DNA from: Betaproteobacteria bacterium
Lineage (GTDB): Bacteria > Pseudomonadota > Gammaproteobacteria > Burkholderiales > Burkholderiaceae_C
Assembly: GCA_028871675.1 (NCBI GenBank)
Contig: JAGWMO010000003.1
Coordinates: forward strand, 13,342 to 77,341
Reading direction: 5' to 3'
Length of the DNA stretch: 64,000 bases
Shown: positions 9,522 to 18,670 of the stretch, in pieces
Layout: each line of letters begins with the position of its first letter
Numbering within the stretch: the first letter of the stretch is position 1
Translations under genes and position numbers: made by a program
Notes under the pieces: generated by a model
The model's input: only the letters and a program-made list of their open reading frames with translations
The model's database searches: none
Told to the model about the DNA's origin: nothing

Positions 9522-10250
9522 ATGAGCGCGGTGCTGCATCACAAGCCCATTCCCTTGCAGGACGATAGCGACGCCCGCCGCTGGTCACTGGCCGCGTTTG
9601 CAGCCTTGCTGCTAGAGGCAGCGTTGATTGGCGCCGTGGCCTGGTGGAGTAGCCGCCCCGCGCCGCCTCCCCCGCCACCGCCCATGCAGCTCGTGCTCGA
9701 AGCGCCCAAGCCCGCGCCCAAGACTATGGCGCCGCACGCGCCCAAGCCGCCCGCGCCCAAGCCCATCCCGAAGCCGGTCGTCAAGCCGCTGCCAAAGCCT
9801 GTCGTCCATCAGGTAGAGCCCAAGCCGGTGCAACCTCCGCTGCCAACTCCCGCGCCCAAGCCGAAGCTGGAAGAGCCGCCCGCGCCTGCGCCTGACACCA
9901 AACCGGCCATGCCCGTGGCCGCCCTCACGCCGCCCGCCCCCCCGGCTCCTGATGTGGCCTCCATCAAAGCCACCTTCGAGGCCGCGTTGCGCAGCGCCAT
10001 TCAGGCAGCGGTGCGTTACCCGCAGGCCGCGCGCATGATGCGCCTGACTGGCAGGACTCTCGTGGCTTTCTCCTTCACCGACGGCCGCGTCGGCGCGCTG
10101 CGTGTCGTCACTTCAAGCGGGGCACCTCTCCTCAACTCTGCGGCCATCGCCGCAGTGCGGGATGCCGCCTATCCGCCCGCACCGAGCGAACTGCGCGGCA
10201 AGACGATGTCGTTCCAGATCTGGGTGCATTTCCGACTGAACGCACCTTGA
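9522..10250 (+). CDS. tonB: TonB energy transducer
   Basis: N-terminal TM helix, a long Pro/Lys-rich spacer (PKPAPKTMAPHAPKPPAPKPIPKPVVKPLPKP...) and a TonB C-terminal domain (YPQAARMMRLTGRTLVAFSF). Confidence 0.85.
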   Translation: MSAVLHHKPIPLQDDSDARRWSLAAFAALLLEAALIGAVAWWSSRPAPPPPPPPMQLVLEAPKPAPKTMAPHAPKPPAPKPIPKPVVKPLPKPVVHQVEPKPVQPPLPTPAPKPKLEEPPAPAPDTKPAMPVAALTPPAPPAPDVASIKATFEAALRSAIQAAVRYPQAARMMRLTGRTLVAFSFTDGRVGALRVVTSSGAPLLNSAAIAAVRDAAYPPAPSELRGKTMSFQIWVHFRLNAP

Positions 10251-10373
10251 ACGAATTTATTTACCGTAGATATTTTTTCAAAAACATTCCGGAAAACCAT
10301 AAACCGCTTAACTTATTAAGAAGAAGCCGTTTCCACGGCCACCTGTTCTTTCTAACCCAAAGGGATTTCAATC

Positions 10374-12743
10374 ATGCCACTCCTTAAAATCAAACGCCAT
10401 CCACTTCCGGCGGCACTTGCGCTTGCGTTTTTGCCAGCAATTTCTGCTCATGCCGACGTGACGAATCTCGGCAGCGTGCAGGCGCAAGGCTCCGGAATAT
10501 CGAGTCCCGCCGCAAAAAGGGCCCATTTCGAAAGCCGGACGCTTTCGGCCAAGCAAAAACAGAAATCGACGCAACCAGTCAAATCTGTTTCCAAGCAGAC
10601 AATCGACCTTTACGGACCGGATGGCGGTGGAATGCAAGCGTTGGGCAGTCTGCCCAACGTCAATATCAGCAGCTACAACGCCACCAGCGCGTCATCGCGA
10701 TCGACAATCTCGCTGCGGGGCGTCAAGGTGGGCTGGAACAGTGTGCCGGGCGACCTCGAAACCAACGGCATCACCGCCGAACTCGACGGCGTTCCGCTCA
10801 ACAGCCTGAGCCAGGGAACGGGCTGGCATTCGCCGGAAATTCCGCTGGGCGCGCTCATGTCCGGGATCAACGTGGTCGAGGGACCGGGCGATGCGAAGGA
10901 TCGCTGGTACAACAGCCTGGGCGGGACGATCAACTTCATTCCGGTGCAGCCGACCCGGCATGCTCATACGCGGATCGACCTGTCCGTCGGCAGCTTCCAC
11001 ACCAACGTCATCTCGGGCGTGCACAACACCGGCGAGATCAACGGTTGGTCGACGGTCCTCGGCTTCGCCAGCGCCCGCAGCCAATCGATCCGCTCCACGC
11101 CCGACAGCATGCCGTCGAAGAGCACCCAGCTCTATCTTAAGACCCGCAAGCAGCTCGAGAACGGCTCGCTGAGCTTCGGCGCGTATGCCCAGCGCAACGA
11201 CGAATTCCGTCCGAACATGATCCCGGTGATACCCAATCCGGAGATCCACATCGACGGCCTCAACGGCACCGGTCCGCTATACAGCGAGCAGACCTCGGGC
11301 TACTACGCGACCCTGCCCCGCTCCGTCTGGTTCAAGGACAACGCAGTCGAGAACTACATGGCCTGGTCCCGGCTGCGCCTGGCGTTGTCCTCGGATCTGG
11401 ACATGACCAATATGTTCTGGATCCGCAACGGCAACCTGCGACACTACCGCGTGAACAACTTCAACACTGCCAGTCCGAACAACACGGCAAACACGGCCAA
11501 CCCGGCAAACGTCGAGTGGTTCACCGAGCATTCCAACACCTTTGGCGACAAGCTCGACTTCGCCGCCAAGGTCAATTCGAGCAACACCCTCGGATTCGGC
11601 GGCTACTGGATCAATTCGCGCGCCCAAAGCGACTATCTCGGCTATGACCCGGCACTGGGAACGTCCATCGGCCAGCCCGCCAATATTGGCTACAGCAACA
11701 CCTTCAGCTCGTACTGGGCCGCGTACCTGCAGGACACCTTCAAGCCCACTTCCAACCTCACGATCGTCCCCGGTATACGGTTCGTCAGTTTCCAGACGGA
11801 CTTCACCAACACCAGCCCGACAAAAGCCAACACGCTGTACGGCGGCAACATCCCTGCCAGCGTGGGCTACGACACCAACCCGAACCAGTCGTCGCATTTC
11901 AACGCGACGGAACCTTCGATCGGGATGAACTGGCTGATCAACGACTCGCTCGCCGCGTTCGCCAACTACGCGGTCGCGCGGCGCAACCCGACTGCGGGCA
12001 ATTACGACAGGAGCGCCGACCTATCGACCCTCAAACTGGTGAAGGCGCGGACCTACGACTTCGGCCTGCGCTACGTCGGGCGGCATGTCGCCGGCCTGCA
12101 CCGGCTGAACGCGTCGATCGAGTACTTCCACACGATGATGGACAACCAGACGATCCCGCAATCGATCTCCGGCAATCCCTCCTACCGGACGAACTTCACT
12201 TTCGGCGCGTCGACCCTCAAGGGCATCGACCTGCAGGCCGATGCCACGGTCGACAGCCACTGGTCCGGATTCGCCAACGTCGGCTGGCTGCACAGCAACT
12301 GGAATTCGTTCTACAACCCGGGCAGCAATACCTACTACAACGGCCTGCCGGTCTCGAACTCGCCGAACCTGACCGCCAATGCCGGGATCACCTACCGGCA
12401 CTTCATCTCGACTGGAACGATCGACACGACGCTGTGGGACCAGTACATCGGGCATCAGTACCTGTGGGACAACCTGAACGGTGCTCCGACCACACAGGAA
12501 AGCCCCGGGCACAACCTGCTGAATCTCGCGATCAAGATGCAGACCACCGCACTGAATTCCGCGATACCGGGAGTGCAACTGACCACGGTTTCGCTCAACG
12601 TGCTGAATCTGCTCAACAAGAAGTACAACTCGACGGCCTACATCTCGAGCGGCGGATATTTCCAGACCAGCTCCGGTGGCTACGTCATTGCCAACCCGGG
12701 TGCTCCGCGCAGCGTCTATCTGTCGTTGTCGGCCAACTTCTGA
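10374..12743 (+). CDS. TonB-dependent outer-membrane receptor (789 aa), substrate unknown
   Basis: Signal peptide (..AISAHA), plug-like region (ISLRGVKVG..., GINVVEGPG), a long beta-barrel and a terminal aromatic residue (..LSLSANF). Confidence 0.9.
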   Translation: MPLLKIKRHPLPAALALAFLPAISAHADVTNLGSVQAQGSGISSPAAKRAHFESRTLSAKQKQKSTQPVKSVSKQTIDLYGPDGGGMQALGSLPNVNISSYNATSASSRSTISLRGVKVGWNSVPGDLETNGITAELDGVPLNSLSQGTGWHSPEIPLGALMSGINVVEGPGDAKDRWYNSLGGTINFIPVQPTRHAHTRIDLSVGSFHTNVISGVHNTGEINGWSTVLGFASARSQSIRSTPDSMPSKSTQLYLKTRKQLENGSLSFGAYAQRNDEFRPNMIPVIPNPEIHIDGLNGTGPLYSEQTSGYYATLPRSVWFKDNAVENYMAWSRLRLALSSDLDMTNMFWIRNGNLRHYRVNNFNTASPNNTANTANPANVEWFTEHSNTFGDKLDFAAKVNSSNTLGFGGYWINSRAQSDYLGYDPALGTSIGQPANIGYSNTFSSYWAAYLQDTFKPTSNLTIVPGIRFVSFQTDFTNTSPTKANTLYGGNIPASVGYDTNPNQSSHFNATEPSIGMNWLINDSLAAFANYAVARRNPTAGNYDRSADLSTLKLVKARTYDFGLRYVGRHVAGLHRLNASIEYFHTMMDNQTIPQSISGNPSYRTNFTFGASTLKGIDLQADATVDSHWSGFANVGWLHSNWNSFYNPGSNTYYNGLPVSNSPNLTANAGITYRHFISTGTIDTTLWDQYIGHQYLWDNLNGAPTTQESPGHNLLNLAIKMQTTALNSAIPGVQLTTVSLNVLNLLNKKYNSTAYISSGGYFQTSSGGYVIANPGAPRSVYLSLSANF

Positions 12744-12780
12744 TCTGGGCCTGCCCCGACCTCTTGTCTTCCTGATCCAC

Positions 12781-12808
12781 GCCGCGGCTTGCCGCGGCAT
12801 TTTGTTTG
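12781..12808 (+). terminator. hairpin plus T-rich tract after the receptor gene (terminator or attenuator)
   Basis: GCCGCGGC-TT-GCCGCGGC followed by ATTTTGTTT. Ends 5 nt before the next start codon. Confidence 0.4.
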
Positions 12809-12813
12809 CCACG

Positions 12814-13860
12814 ATGAAAACTCCCGCCTCGTTCCGCAAGTTCGGGCTTGCCGCATTGCTTTGCGTCGGCAACCTACAGGCGGCAATCGCCGCCGCCCCC
12901 ACCTACCGCCAGACCGCCAACGTCCCCCTCGGCCAGCCCGACAGGTGGGACTATGTCCATTTCGACCCAACCCTGAGGGAGGTATTTGTCGCTCACGGTT
13001 CCGAGATCACGGTCGTCAGCGCGGATCATCATCCACGCATCGTGGGCCAGGTTCAGGGCATCGACGGCGCGCATGGCGTCGCGACCGATCCAGTGCTCGG
13101 CGTTGGCTTCGCCGACGACGGCAAGGCCGGCAGATTGAGCGTGTTCGACCTGAAGACGTTCAAGGTGGTCGACTCCATCCCGACCGATGAAGACAGCGAC
13201 GCCGTCGCCTACCTTGCGCCGATCCGCACCGTGCTCGTCGCCAACGGCGACGGCCACAGCCTGTCCCTGATCGACGCCGTGGCGCGTCGCCGCGTCGCCA
13301 ACGTTCCGCTGGGCGGCAGTCCGGAGGGCGTCGTCGCCGAGATGCCCGGTTACGCCTTCGTCAACCTGGCCGCCCGCCGGGAAGTCGTTCGTGTCGATCT
13401 GCACAAGCACGCGGTGGATGCGCGCTGGCCGGTCGCGGAATGCGCGTCGCCACACGGCCTGGCGATCGATCCTGCGACGCAGCGACTGTTCACCAGTTGC
13501 AAGAACGGCAAACTCGTCGTGCTCAGCGCGCGAAGTGGCCGCATCGTTGCCGTCGTCCCGATCGGCATGGGAACCGATACGGCGGCCTTCGATCCGAACC
13601 GGCACCTGATCTTCAGTTCGAACGGTGACGGCACCCTGTCTGTGATCGCCGAGCGTTCGGCAGACCACTTCAACTTGCTTGCCAATGTTCCGACCGCCGT
13701 TGGCGCCCGCACGATGGCCGAAGATCCCGCCTCGGGGCGCGTGTTTCTGGTCACAGCCACCCTGGAGTCGAGCAAAAATGGCAACGAAACGGCGCAGAAG
13801 GGCAAACTGCGATTCGAGCCGGGAACTGTTCGCCTGATCGCTTTGGCGCTGGTGCGATGA
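12814..13860 (+). CDS. secreted YncE/YVTN-like beta-propeller protein
   Basis: ORF 12676..13860. ATG at 12814 gives the signal peptide MKTPASFRKFGLAALLCVGNLQAAIAAAP. Repeated propeller-blade-like segments follow (GAHGVATDP, SPEGVV, PHGLAIDP, GTDTAAFDP). Confidence 0.7.
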   Translation: MKTPASFRKFGLAALLCVGNLQAAIAAAPTYRQTANVPLGQPDRWDYVHFDPTLREVFVAHGSEITVVSADHHPRIVGQVQGIDGAHGVATDPVLGVGFADDGKAGRLSVFDLKTFKVVDSIPTDEDSDAVAYLAPIRTVLVANGDGHSLSLIDAVARRRVANVPLGGSPEGVVAEMPGYAFVNLAARREVVRVDLHKHAVDARWPVAECASPHGLAIDPATQRLFTSCKNGKLVVLSARSGRIVAVVPIGMGTDTAAFDPNRHLIFSSNGDGTLSVIAERSADHFNLLANVPTAVGARTMAEDPASGRVFLVTATLESSKNGNETAQKGKLRFEPGTVRLIALALVR

Positions 13861-14439
13861 CCGCGGGCCGCCGCCGCACTTCCGCGGCGGCTCGATATCC
13901 TCGGGAGCAGAGCCCGGAGTGTCGGAGCCCGCCCAATCTCCCGGCGTCTTCGCGATGATCGCTATTGCCCAAGGGATCTCACCCGTAGTGCCCGTCGCCG
14001 AATTGGCAGCCGATCCGATCTTGGATGCAGGTGCAATGCGGCGAGGCGTTGCGCGACGAGCACGGCCATCCGCGGCAACGCATGGTGAGGACGGCGGCAG
14101 GTCGACGCGATTCTCACCCGTCTGGCTCACGGTGGGCGCGGCGCCGCAGGTGCAGTTCGAGTAGGCGCTGGACCAGCTCTGGCGTGAACTCGGCTTCACC
14201 GAACTGGCGGCGGTGTTCCGCCGGGCATGATTCACCACGCCGGTTGAGCATGCTGCCCCTGTAATCCACCTTGAAGCTGCTGCAGCGCCTGGCCCTGGGG
14301 GGCGAGACCCTGCGGCACTGGCAGTGCGCCCGGCGCTGGGGCTGGGCGCAGCGCTGGGGCTGGCGATATTGCCCAACTTGTCAGCCCAGTCCCGGGGAGG
14401 TTCCATGCGGCGTTCAAAATGAAGACGCTGGAACAAACC

Positions 14440-15690
14440 CTATTCCCTCAACTTCACCACATCCGCACCGACCTTGAGCTTGTCCATGTAGTCTGCCCAG
14501 GCCTGCATCATGGCCGCGCGCTGCGCCACAAATTCAGTCCGGTTGTAGGCCCGGCCCAGCGCATCGGGCACGGAGTGCGCAAGTTGCGCCTCGATCACTC
14601 GGTCATCGAAGCCCAGACGCTCCGCCAGCATCGTTCTGGCAGAGGCGCGGAACCCGTGCGCCGTGGCATCAAAGCCCATGCGCTTGAGCGCAGCCAACAC
14701 CGCAATTTCGGAGATGGGGCGCATATAACTGCGCGGGGACGGAAACACCCACGCACTGCGCCCGGAGACTGGATGCAGTTCACGAAGCAGCGCGACGGCT
14801 TGTGTTGCCAGCGGCACCAAGTGTGGCTGGCCGCTGATCTTCTCTTGCTTGGTGCGCTTCATGCGCGTGGCGGGGATCGTCCACAGGGCACCGTCCAGAT
14901 CAATCTCTTCCCAGCGTGCATGCCGCAGCTCACCAGGCCGGAGAAAGACCAGTGCGGATAGCCTGAGCGCGTACACCACCGATGGATGCCCCCGATAGCC
15001 ATCGATTGCGCGCAGCAACCCACCAAACTCGACAGGCTCCACAATCGCCGCATGATGCTCGATCAGCGGCGGAGGCAAGGCGTCGCGCAGATCGGCAGAA
15101 ATGTCACGTTCGCATGCGCCCTTGGCAATGCCATAGCGGAAGACTTGCCCAGCGGCCTGCTTGACTCGATGTGCAGTCTCAATCGCGCCACGATCCGCCA
15201 CCCGGCGCAAGCATTCCAGCAACTCAGGCGGACGGATGGAGCCGATAGGGCGGGCACCCAGCCAGGGGAATATGTTTTGTTCAAGACGCAGCCTTGTCCT
15301 GTCCGCGTGGCCGGGCGTTACCTTGAGTGCATGCACTCGCTTGAGCCAGTCGCGGGCGACAGCCTCAAAGCTTCCAGCAGCCAACTCACCACCTGCCGCA
15401 GCCGCCACTTCAACCTTGTTGGCTTTGCGTGCCGCGCTAGGGTCGATGCCGTCGAGCAGTTGCTGACGAATCTCTGCAGCGCGGCTCCGAGCACGCGCCA
15501 GAGTCACATCGGGATAGACGCCAAGGCTGAGGGTCTGCCGTTTGCGGGCGTGGCTGTAGTCGAAGCGCCACCATTTCTTACCGTCAGGGCGGACCAGCAA
15601 ATAGAGTCCATCGCCGTCAAACAAGCGCTGCGGTTTGCCGAGAGGTTGCGCACGCCTGAGCGCCGCGTCGGTCAGTAAGTTGGAGGCCAT
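14440..15690 (-). CDS. P4-type tyrosine integrase (416 aa)
   Basis: DUF4102-like N-terminus (DGDGLYLLVRPDGKKWWRFDY) and catalytic region (HGFRASARTMLAE, LAHSVPDALGRAYNRTEF). The start lies 175 nt from the ssrA 3' end, on the same strand. Confidence 0.9.
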   Translation of the reverse strand: MASNLLTDAALRRAQPLGKPQRLFDGDGLYLLVRPDGKKWWRFDYSHARKRQTLSLGVYPDVTLARARSRAAEIRQQLLDGIDPSAARKANKVEVAAAAGGELAAGSFEAVARDWLKRVHALKVTPGHADRTRLRLEQNIFPWLGARPIGSIRPPELLECLRRVADRGAIETAHRVKQAAGQVFRYGIAKGACERDISADLRDALPPPLIEHHAAIVEPVEFGGLLRAIDGYRGHPSVVYALRLSALVFLRPGELRHARWEEIDLDGALWTIPATRMKRTKQEKISGQPHLVPLATQAVALLRELHPVSGRSAWVFPSPRSYMRPISEIAVLAALKRMGFDATAHGFRASARTMLAERLGFDDRVIEAQLAHSVPDALGRAYNRTEFVAQRAAMMQAWADYMDKLKVGADVVKLRE

Positions 15691-15692
15691 GC

Positions 15693-15740
15693 GCAGTAAC
15701 TCCTTCTTCGCGTAGATGAGTTACTGCGAAAGTTACTGCA
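15693..15740. repeat. three AGTTACTGC motifs (one inverted, two direct) at the integrase start / 5' leader
   Basis: GCAGTAACT (15693-15701, 3 nt upstream of the integrase start codon) and GAGTTACTGCGAAAGTTACTGCA (15718-15740). Partner pair at 4433-4455. Confidence 0.55.
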
Positions 15741-15863
15741 TGAATTGCTGGCAACGCAAGGAACAGGATGGAACATCAGGCAACGCACTTTCGTGCTAAG
15801 TGCCTGATATTTCATCTTTTTTTATTTCGTTTGAACCATTGCGAAAACGCTTGAAACGTGGTA

Positions 15864-15878
15864 ATGGTGGAGCCGGGG
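15864..15878. repeat. island-proximal att direct repeat (within the ssrA 3' end)
   Basis: ATGGTGGAGCCGGGG, identical to 4357..4371. Confidence 0.7.
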
Positions 15879-16225
15879 GGAATTGAACCCCCGTCCGCAA
15901 ACTCTCTGCTGCAAGCTCTACATGCTTAGTACCATCATTTGGTTTTAACCGCCAGGACGCAGATGGACATGCTTCCCCGCTAGCGATCCGCTGGATTTAA
16001 CCAGGCTGTGCGCGGCGCACGGACTGGCGATCTGATGTGAATGACCTTGCAGGTGTTGCCACCCCGGACCATCAGCGTGCCGTTGCAAGGCTCGCGGCAA
16101 TTAAGCTGCGAGTGCGAAACTATCGTCGTTCGCGTTTAACTTTGTTTCCAGTGGATTTACGAGCGTACTGGTGCTCGGCATGCACTCCACAGCGTCAACA
16201 TTCACGTCGAAACCTGGTCGACCCC
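15865..16225 (-). ncRNA. ssrA: tmRNA (transfer-messenger RNA)
   Basis: Minus strand starts GGGGTCGACCAGGTTTCGACG and ends with T-arm plus acceptor ...GGGGGTTCAATTCCCCCCGGCTCCACCA. Internal tag ORF GCG AAC GAC GAT AGT TTC GCA CTC GCA GCT TAA = ANDDSFALAA at 16101-16133. Confidence 0.9.
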
Positions 16226-16394
16226 GTGTAGAGGATTTTAGCGAAGTCTTGACGTGTACGCGGCTTGACCACGCCATGATGGCGGCATGGACGATGTCTG
16301 CTCCTCGATTCGGCTGCCTGGTCCGGCTCTTGCCACCCGGCTCCGATCGCGGCACGACGTACCCGGAGTCGCGGGTTGCTTCGGAACCCTATGA

Positions 16395-17183
16395 TTGCTG
16401 CATGCAAGCTCTGGCTCCCTGCCCGCACCCATCATGCTGAAAGCCTGCCTGCGGCATTACGGCCTGTGGTCGACCGTGGCCCTGTTGACATTGCTGACCA
16501 TCGCCGTTTCGGCGGGTATCGCCAGCGGCATGACGTATGGCGTGTTGAATGGCACGATGACGCGGTCAGCCTGGATCATCACCCTCCTGACGCCGGCGCT
16601 GATTGCCCCGGTGATGTCGGGCATCACCCTGCGCCTGTTGCAAGAACTCGACCGTGCCCACACCGAACTGCACGAGGTCATTCACCGCGACCACCTGACC
16701 GAACTGCATAACCGCCGCTACTTCATGCAGATGTTGCACGAGGAGGTGGAGCGAGCGCGGCGGGATGACACAGCTTTTGCCCTGGCCATCGTGGATGTCG
16801 ATAACTTCAAGTCGATCAACGACCGCTTTGGTCATCAGGGCGGCGACGAAGTGCTGCGCCAGATCGCCCAGGCCTGCCGTGCCGCGGTGCGTGAATCCGA
16901 CGTGGTGGCGCGCATCGGCGGCGAGGAATTCGCGTGCATCTTCCGCGCCAGCCGGCTGGACGCCGCGGAACAACTCGCCCAGCACCTGCTGCAGCGCATT
17001 CGCGGCCTGAATCTGCATTTCCAGGGCGTTCCGTTGTCCATTTCTGTGAGCATCGGACTGACTGGGGTGCATGGCCCGCTGGCTGACCTGGGCAGCGCGT
17101 TGCGCCTGGCCGACAATGCCTTGTATGCCGCCAAGAGCGCTGGCAAGAACCGACTCGAAATCCACACCGCGCCGGCTGTCTGA
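16395..17183 (+). CDS. membrane-anchored GGDEF diguanylate cyclase (alternative start 16434)
   Basis: TM segments at the N-terminus. GGDEF domain with DHLTELHNRRYF, DVDNFKSINDRFGH and RIGGEEFACIF. Confidence 0.85.
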   Translation: MLHASSGSLPAPIMLKACLRHYGLWSTVALLTLLTIAVSAGIASGMTYGVLNGTMTRSAWIITLLTPALIAPVMSGITLRLLQELDRAHTELHEVIHRDHLTELHNRRYFMQMLHEEVERARRDDTAFALAIVDVDNFKSINDRFGHQGGDEVLRQIAQACRAAVRESDVVARIGGEEFACIFRASRLDAAEQLAQHLLQRIRGLNLHFQGVPLSISVSIGLTGVHGPLADLGSALRLADNALYAAKSAGKNRLEIHTAPAV

Positions 17184-17344
17184 GTCCACCAACTCGACGT
17201 GAACAGACCCTAGACGACAACTCGGACAGCCGACCCCGGGAGCATCCCTCGGCATCGACTTTCATCGGCGAGCCCGCTGCATACCCTCGATGGCGGCTTG
17301 ACCCCGGTGGACATCTCGCCGGCTGCAGCCATCACACAAACGCA

Positions 17345-18670
17345 TCAACCCCGGCCAATGCCGTAGTAGGACAGCCCCGCAGCGCGCACGGTGTGCGGGT
17401 CCCAGAGGTTGCGGCCATCGAACACCACCTTGGCACGCAACTGCGATGCAAGCAGGTTGAAGTCCGGTGAGCGAAAGGCGTGCCATTCGGTGACCACGGC
17501 CAGGGCGTCGGCGTCCTGCAGCGCCGACTTGGCGTTCTTCACCAGGCTCAGCCCGGCGCGCTCGCCCCAATGCCGGGCCGCTGATTCCATCGCCACCGGG
17601 TCAAAGGCCTGGACCTTGGCGCCGGCACCCAGCAGCGCTTCGATCAGGTCGATGCTGGGGGCGTCGCGCATGTCATCGGTGTTGGGCTTGAACGCCAGGC
17701 CCCAGATGGCGAAGGTTTTGCCCTTCAGGCCGTCGGCGGCGAAATGGGTCGAAATTTTCTCGAACAGCCGCTGCTTCTGGCGCTGGTTGACTGCGTCCAC
17801 CGCCTCGGCCAACTCGGCCTGCAATCCTGCCTCATGCGCCATGAATGCCAGGGCCTTCACATCCTTGGGGAAGCACGAGCCACCATAGCCCGCGCCGGCG
17901 TACAGGAAGTGGCTGCCGATGCGGTGGTCCACACCCATGCCCAAGCGCACCTGCTCGATGTCGGCGCCCACGGCTTCGGCCAGGCGCGCCAGTTCATTCA
18001 TGAACGAAATGCGTGTGGCCAGCATGGCGTTTGCTGCGTATTTGGTGAGTTCGGAACTGGCCGGGTTCATCACCATGATTTTTTCATGGTTGCGGTTGAA
18101 CGGCCGGTACAACTCGCGCATGACGGCCACCGCGCGCTCATCGCTGCTGCCCAGCACGATGCGATCGCCACGGGTGAAGTCCTCGATGGCCGAACCCTCT
18201 TTCAGGAACTCGGGGTTGCTCACCACGCTGACCCAGTGCCGCGCGCCGCGCCGGGTCAATTCGGCGTCGATGGCACCATGCACCATGGCCACGGTCCCGA
18301 CCGGCGCGGTGGATTTCTGCACCACGACCAAGGGGCCGTTGGCATGACGGCCGATTTCAGCCGCAGCTCCGCGCACCTGACTCATGTCGGCCTGGCCGCT
18401 GGGCAGCGGCGGTGTGCCCACGGCGATGAAGCAGACCTGCGCGCCGTCCAGGCCCTGCTCCAGGCTGGAGACGAAGCGCATGCGCCCGGCCTCGGCGTTG
18501 CGCGCCACCAGCTCGCTCAAGCCCGGCTCGTAAAACGGCACCTGGGCCTTGGCCAACGCGGCGATGCGGCCCGGGTCACGCTCGACGCAAGTGACGGTAT
18601 TGCCCACGTCGGCAAAGCAGGCAGCAGTGACCAGGCCCACATAGCCGGCGCCGATGACGGTAACTCGCAT
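17345..18670 (-). CDS. ugd: UDP-glucose 6-dehydrogenase
   Basis: MRVTVIGAGYVGLVTAACFADVGN Rossmann N-terminus and catalytic-Cys motif GGSCFPKDV. 441 aa. Confidence 0.9.
   Translation of the reverse strand: MRVTVIGAGYVGLVTAACFADVGNTVTCVERDPGRIAALAKAQVPFYEPGLSELVARNAEAGRMRFVSSLEQGLDGAQVCFIAVGTPPLPSGQADMSQVRGAAAEIGRHANGPLVVVQKSTAPVGTVAMVHGAIDAELTRRGARHWVSVVSNPEFLKEGSAIEDFTRGDRIVLGSSDERAVAVMRELYRPFNRNHEKIMVMNPASSELTKYAANAMLATRISFMNELARLAEAVGADIEQVRLGMGVDHRIGSHFLYAGAGYGGSCFPKDVKALAFMAHEAGLQAELAEAVDAVNQRQKQRLFEKISTHFAADGLKGKTFAIWGLAFKPNTDDMRDAPSIDLIEALLGAGAKVQAFDPVAMESAARHWGERAGLSLVKNAKSALQDADALAVVTEWHAFRSPDFNLLASQLRAKVVFDGRNLWDPHTVRAAGLSYYGIGRG

Larger units (their letters stand above)
4357..15878. 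mobile_element. ~11.5-kb integrative genomic island in the 3' end of ssrA
   Basis: Bounded by the 15-bp direct repeat. A P4-type integrase lies next to the intact ssrA, and an orphan ssrA terminator lies outside the distal repeat. Arm-like AGTTACTGC repeats sit inside both ends. AT-rich patches occur at 4372-4640, 7740-8230 and 10251-10373. Confidence 0.75.

Noticed and set aside
12874-14436. 520-aa minus-strand ORF spanning the YncE-like gene and the gap before the integrase
   Set aside because: Most of it is antisense to the well-supported propeller gene. The non-overlapping part (13861-14436) translates to low-complexity Ala/Pro/Ser/Gly sequence with no recognisable domain.
13861-14439. 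580-bp gap between island cargo and integrase. Contains a 45-codon fragment (MLNRRGESCPAEHRRQFGEAEFTPELVQRLLELHLRRRAHREPDG, minus strand) and a short tandem GCGCTGGGGCTGG x2 at ~14332-14365
   Set aside because: The fragment vaguely recalls an IS/transposase OrfA helix-turn-helix, but it is too short and too weak to call. The tandem repeat has only two 13-nt copies. Probably decayed DNA.
15775-15822. Hairpin ATCAGGCA...TGCCTGAT followed by a T-run on the plus strand, between the integrase start and ssrA
   Set aside because: The T-run is 7 nt away from the stem and on the strand opposite to both neighbouring genes. On the minus strand (downstream of ssrA) no U-run follows. The function is ambiguous, so it is not called a terminator.
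16226-16300. Promoter for ssrA (TAAAAT hexamer ~9 nt upstream of the mature 5' end)
   Set aside because: No acceptable -35 element lies at the proper spacing, and tmRNA is processed from a precursor, so the transcription start cannot be inferred from sequence alone.
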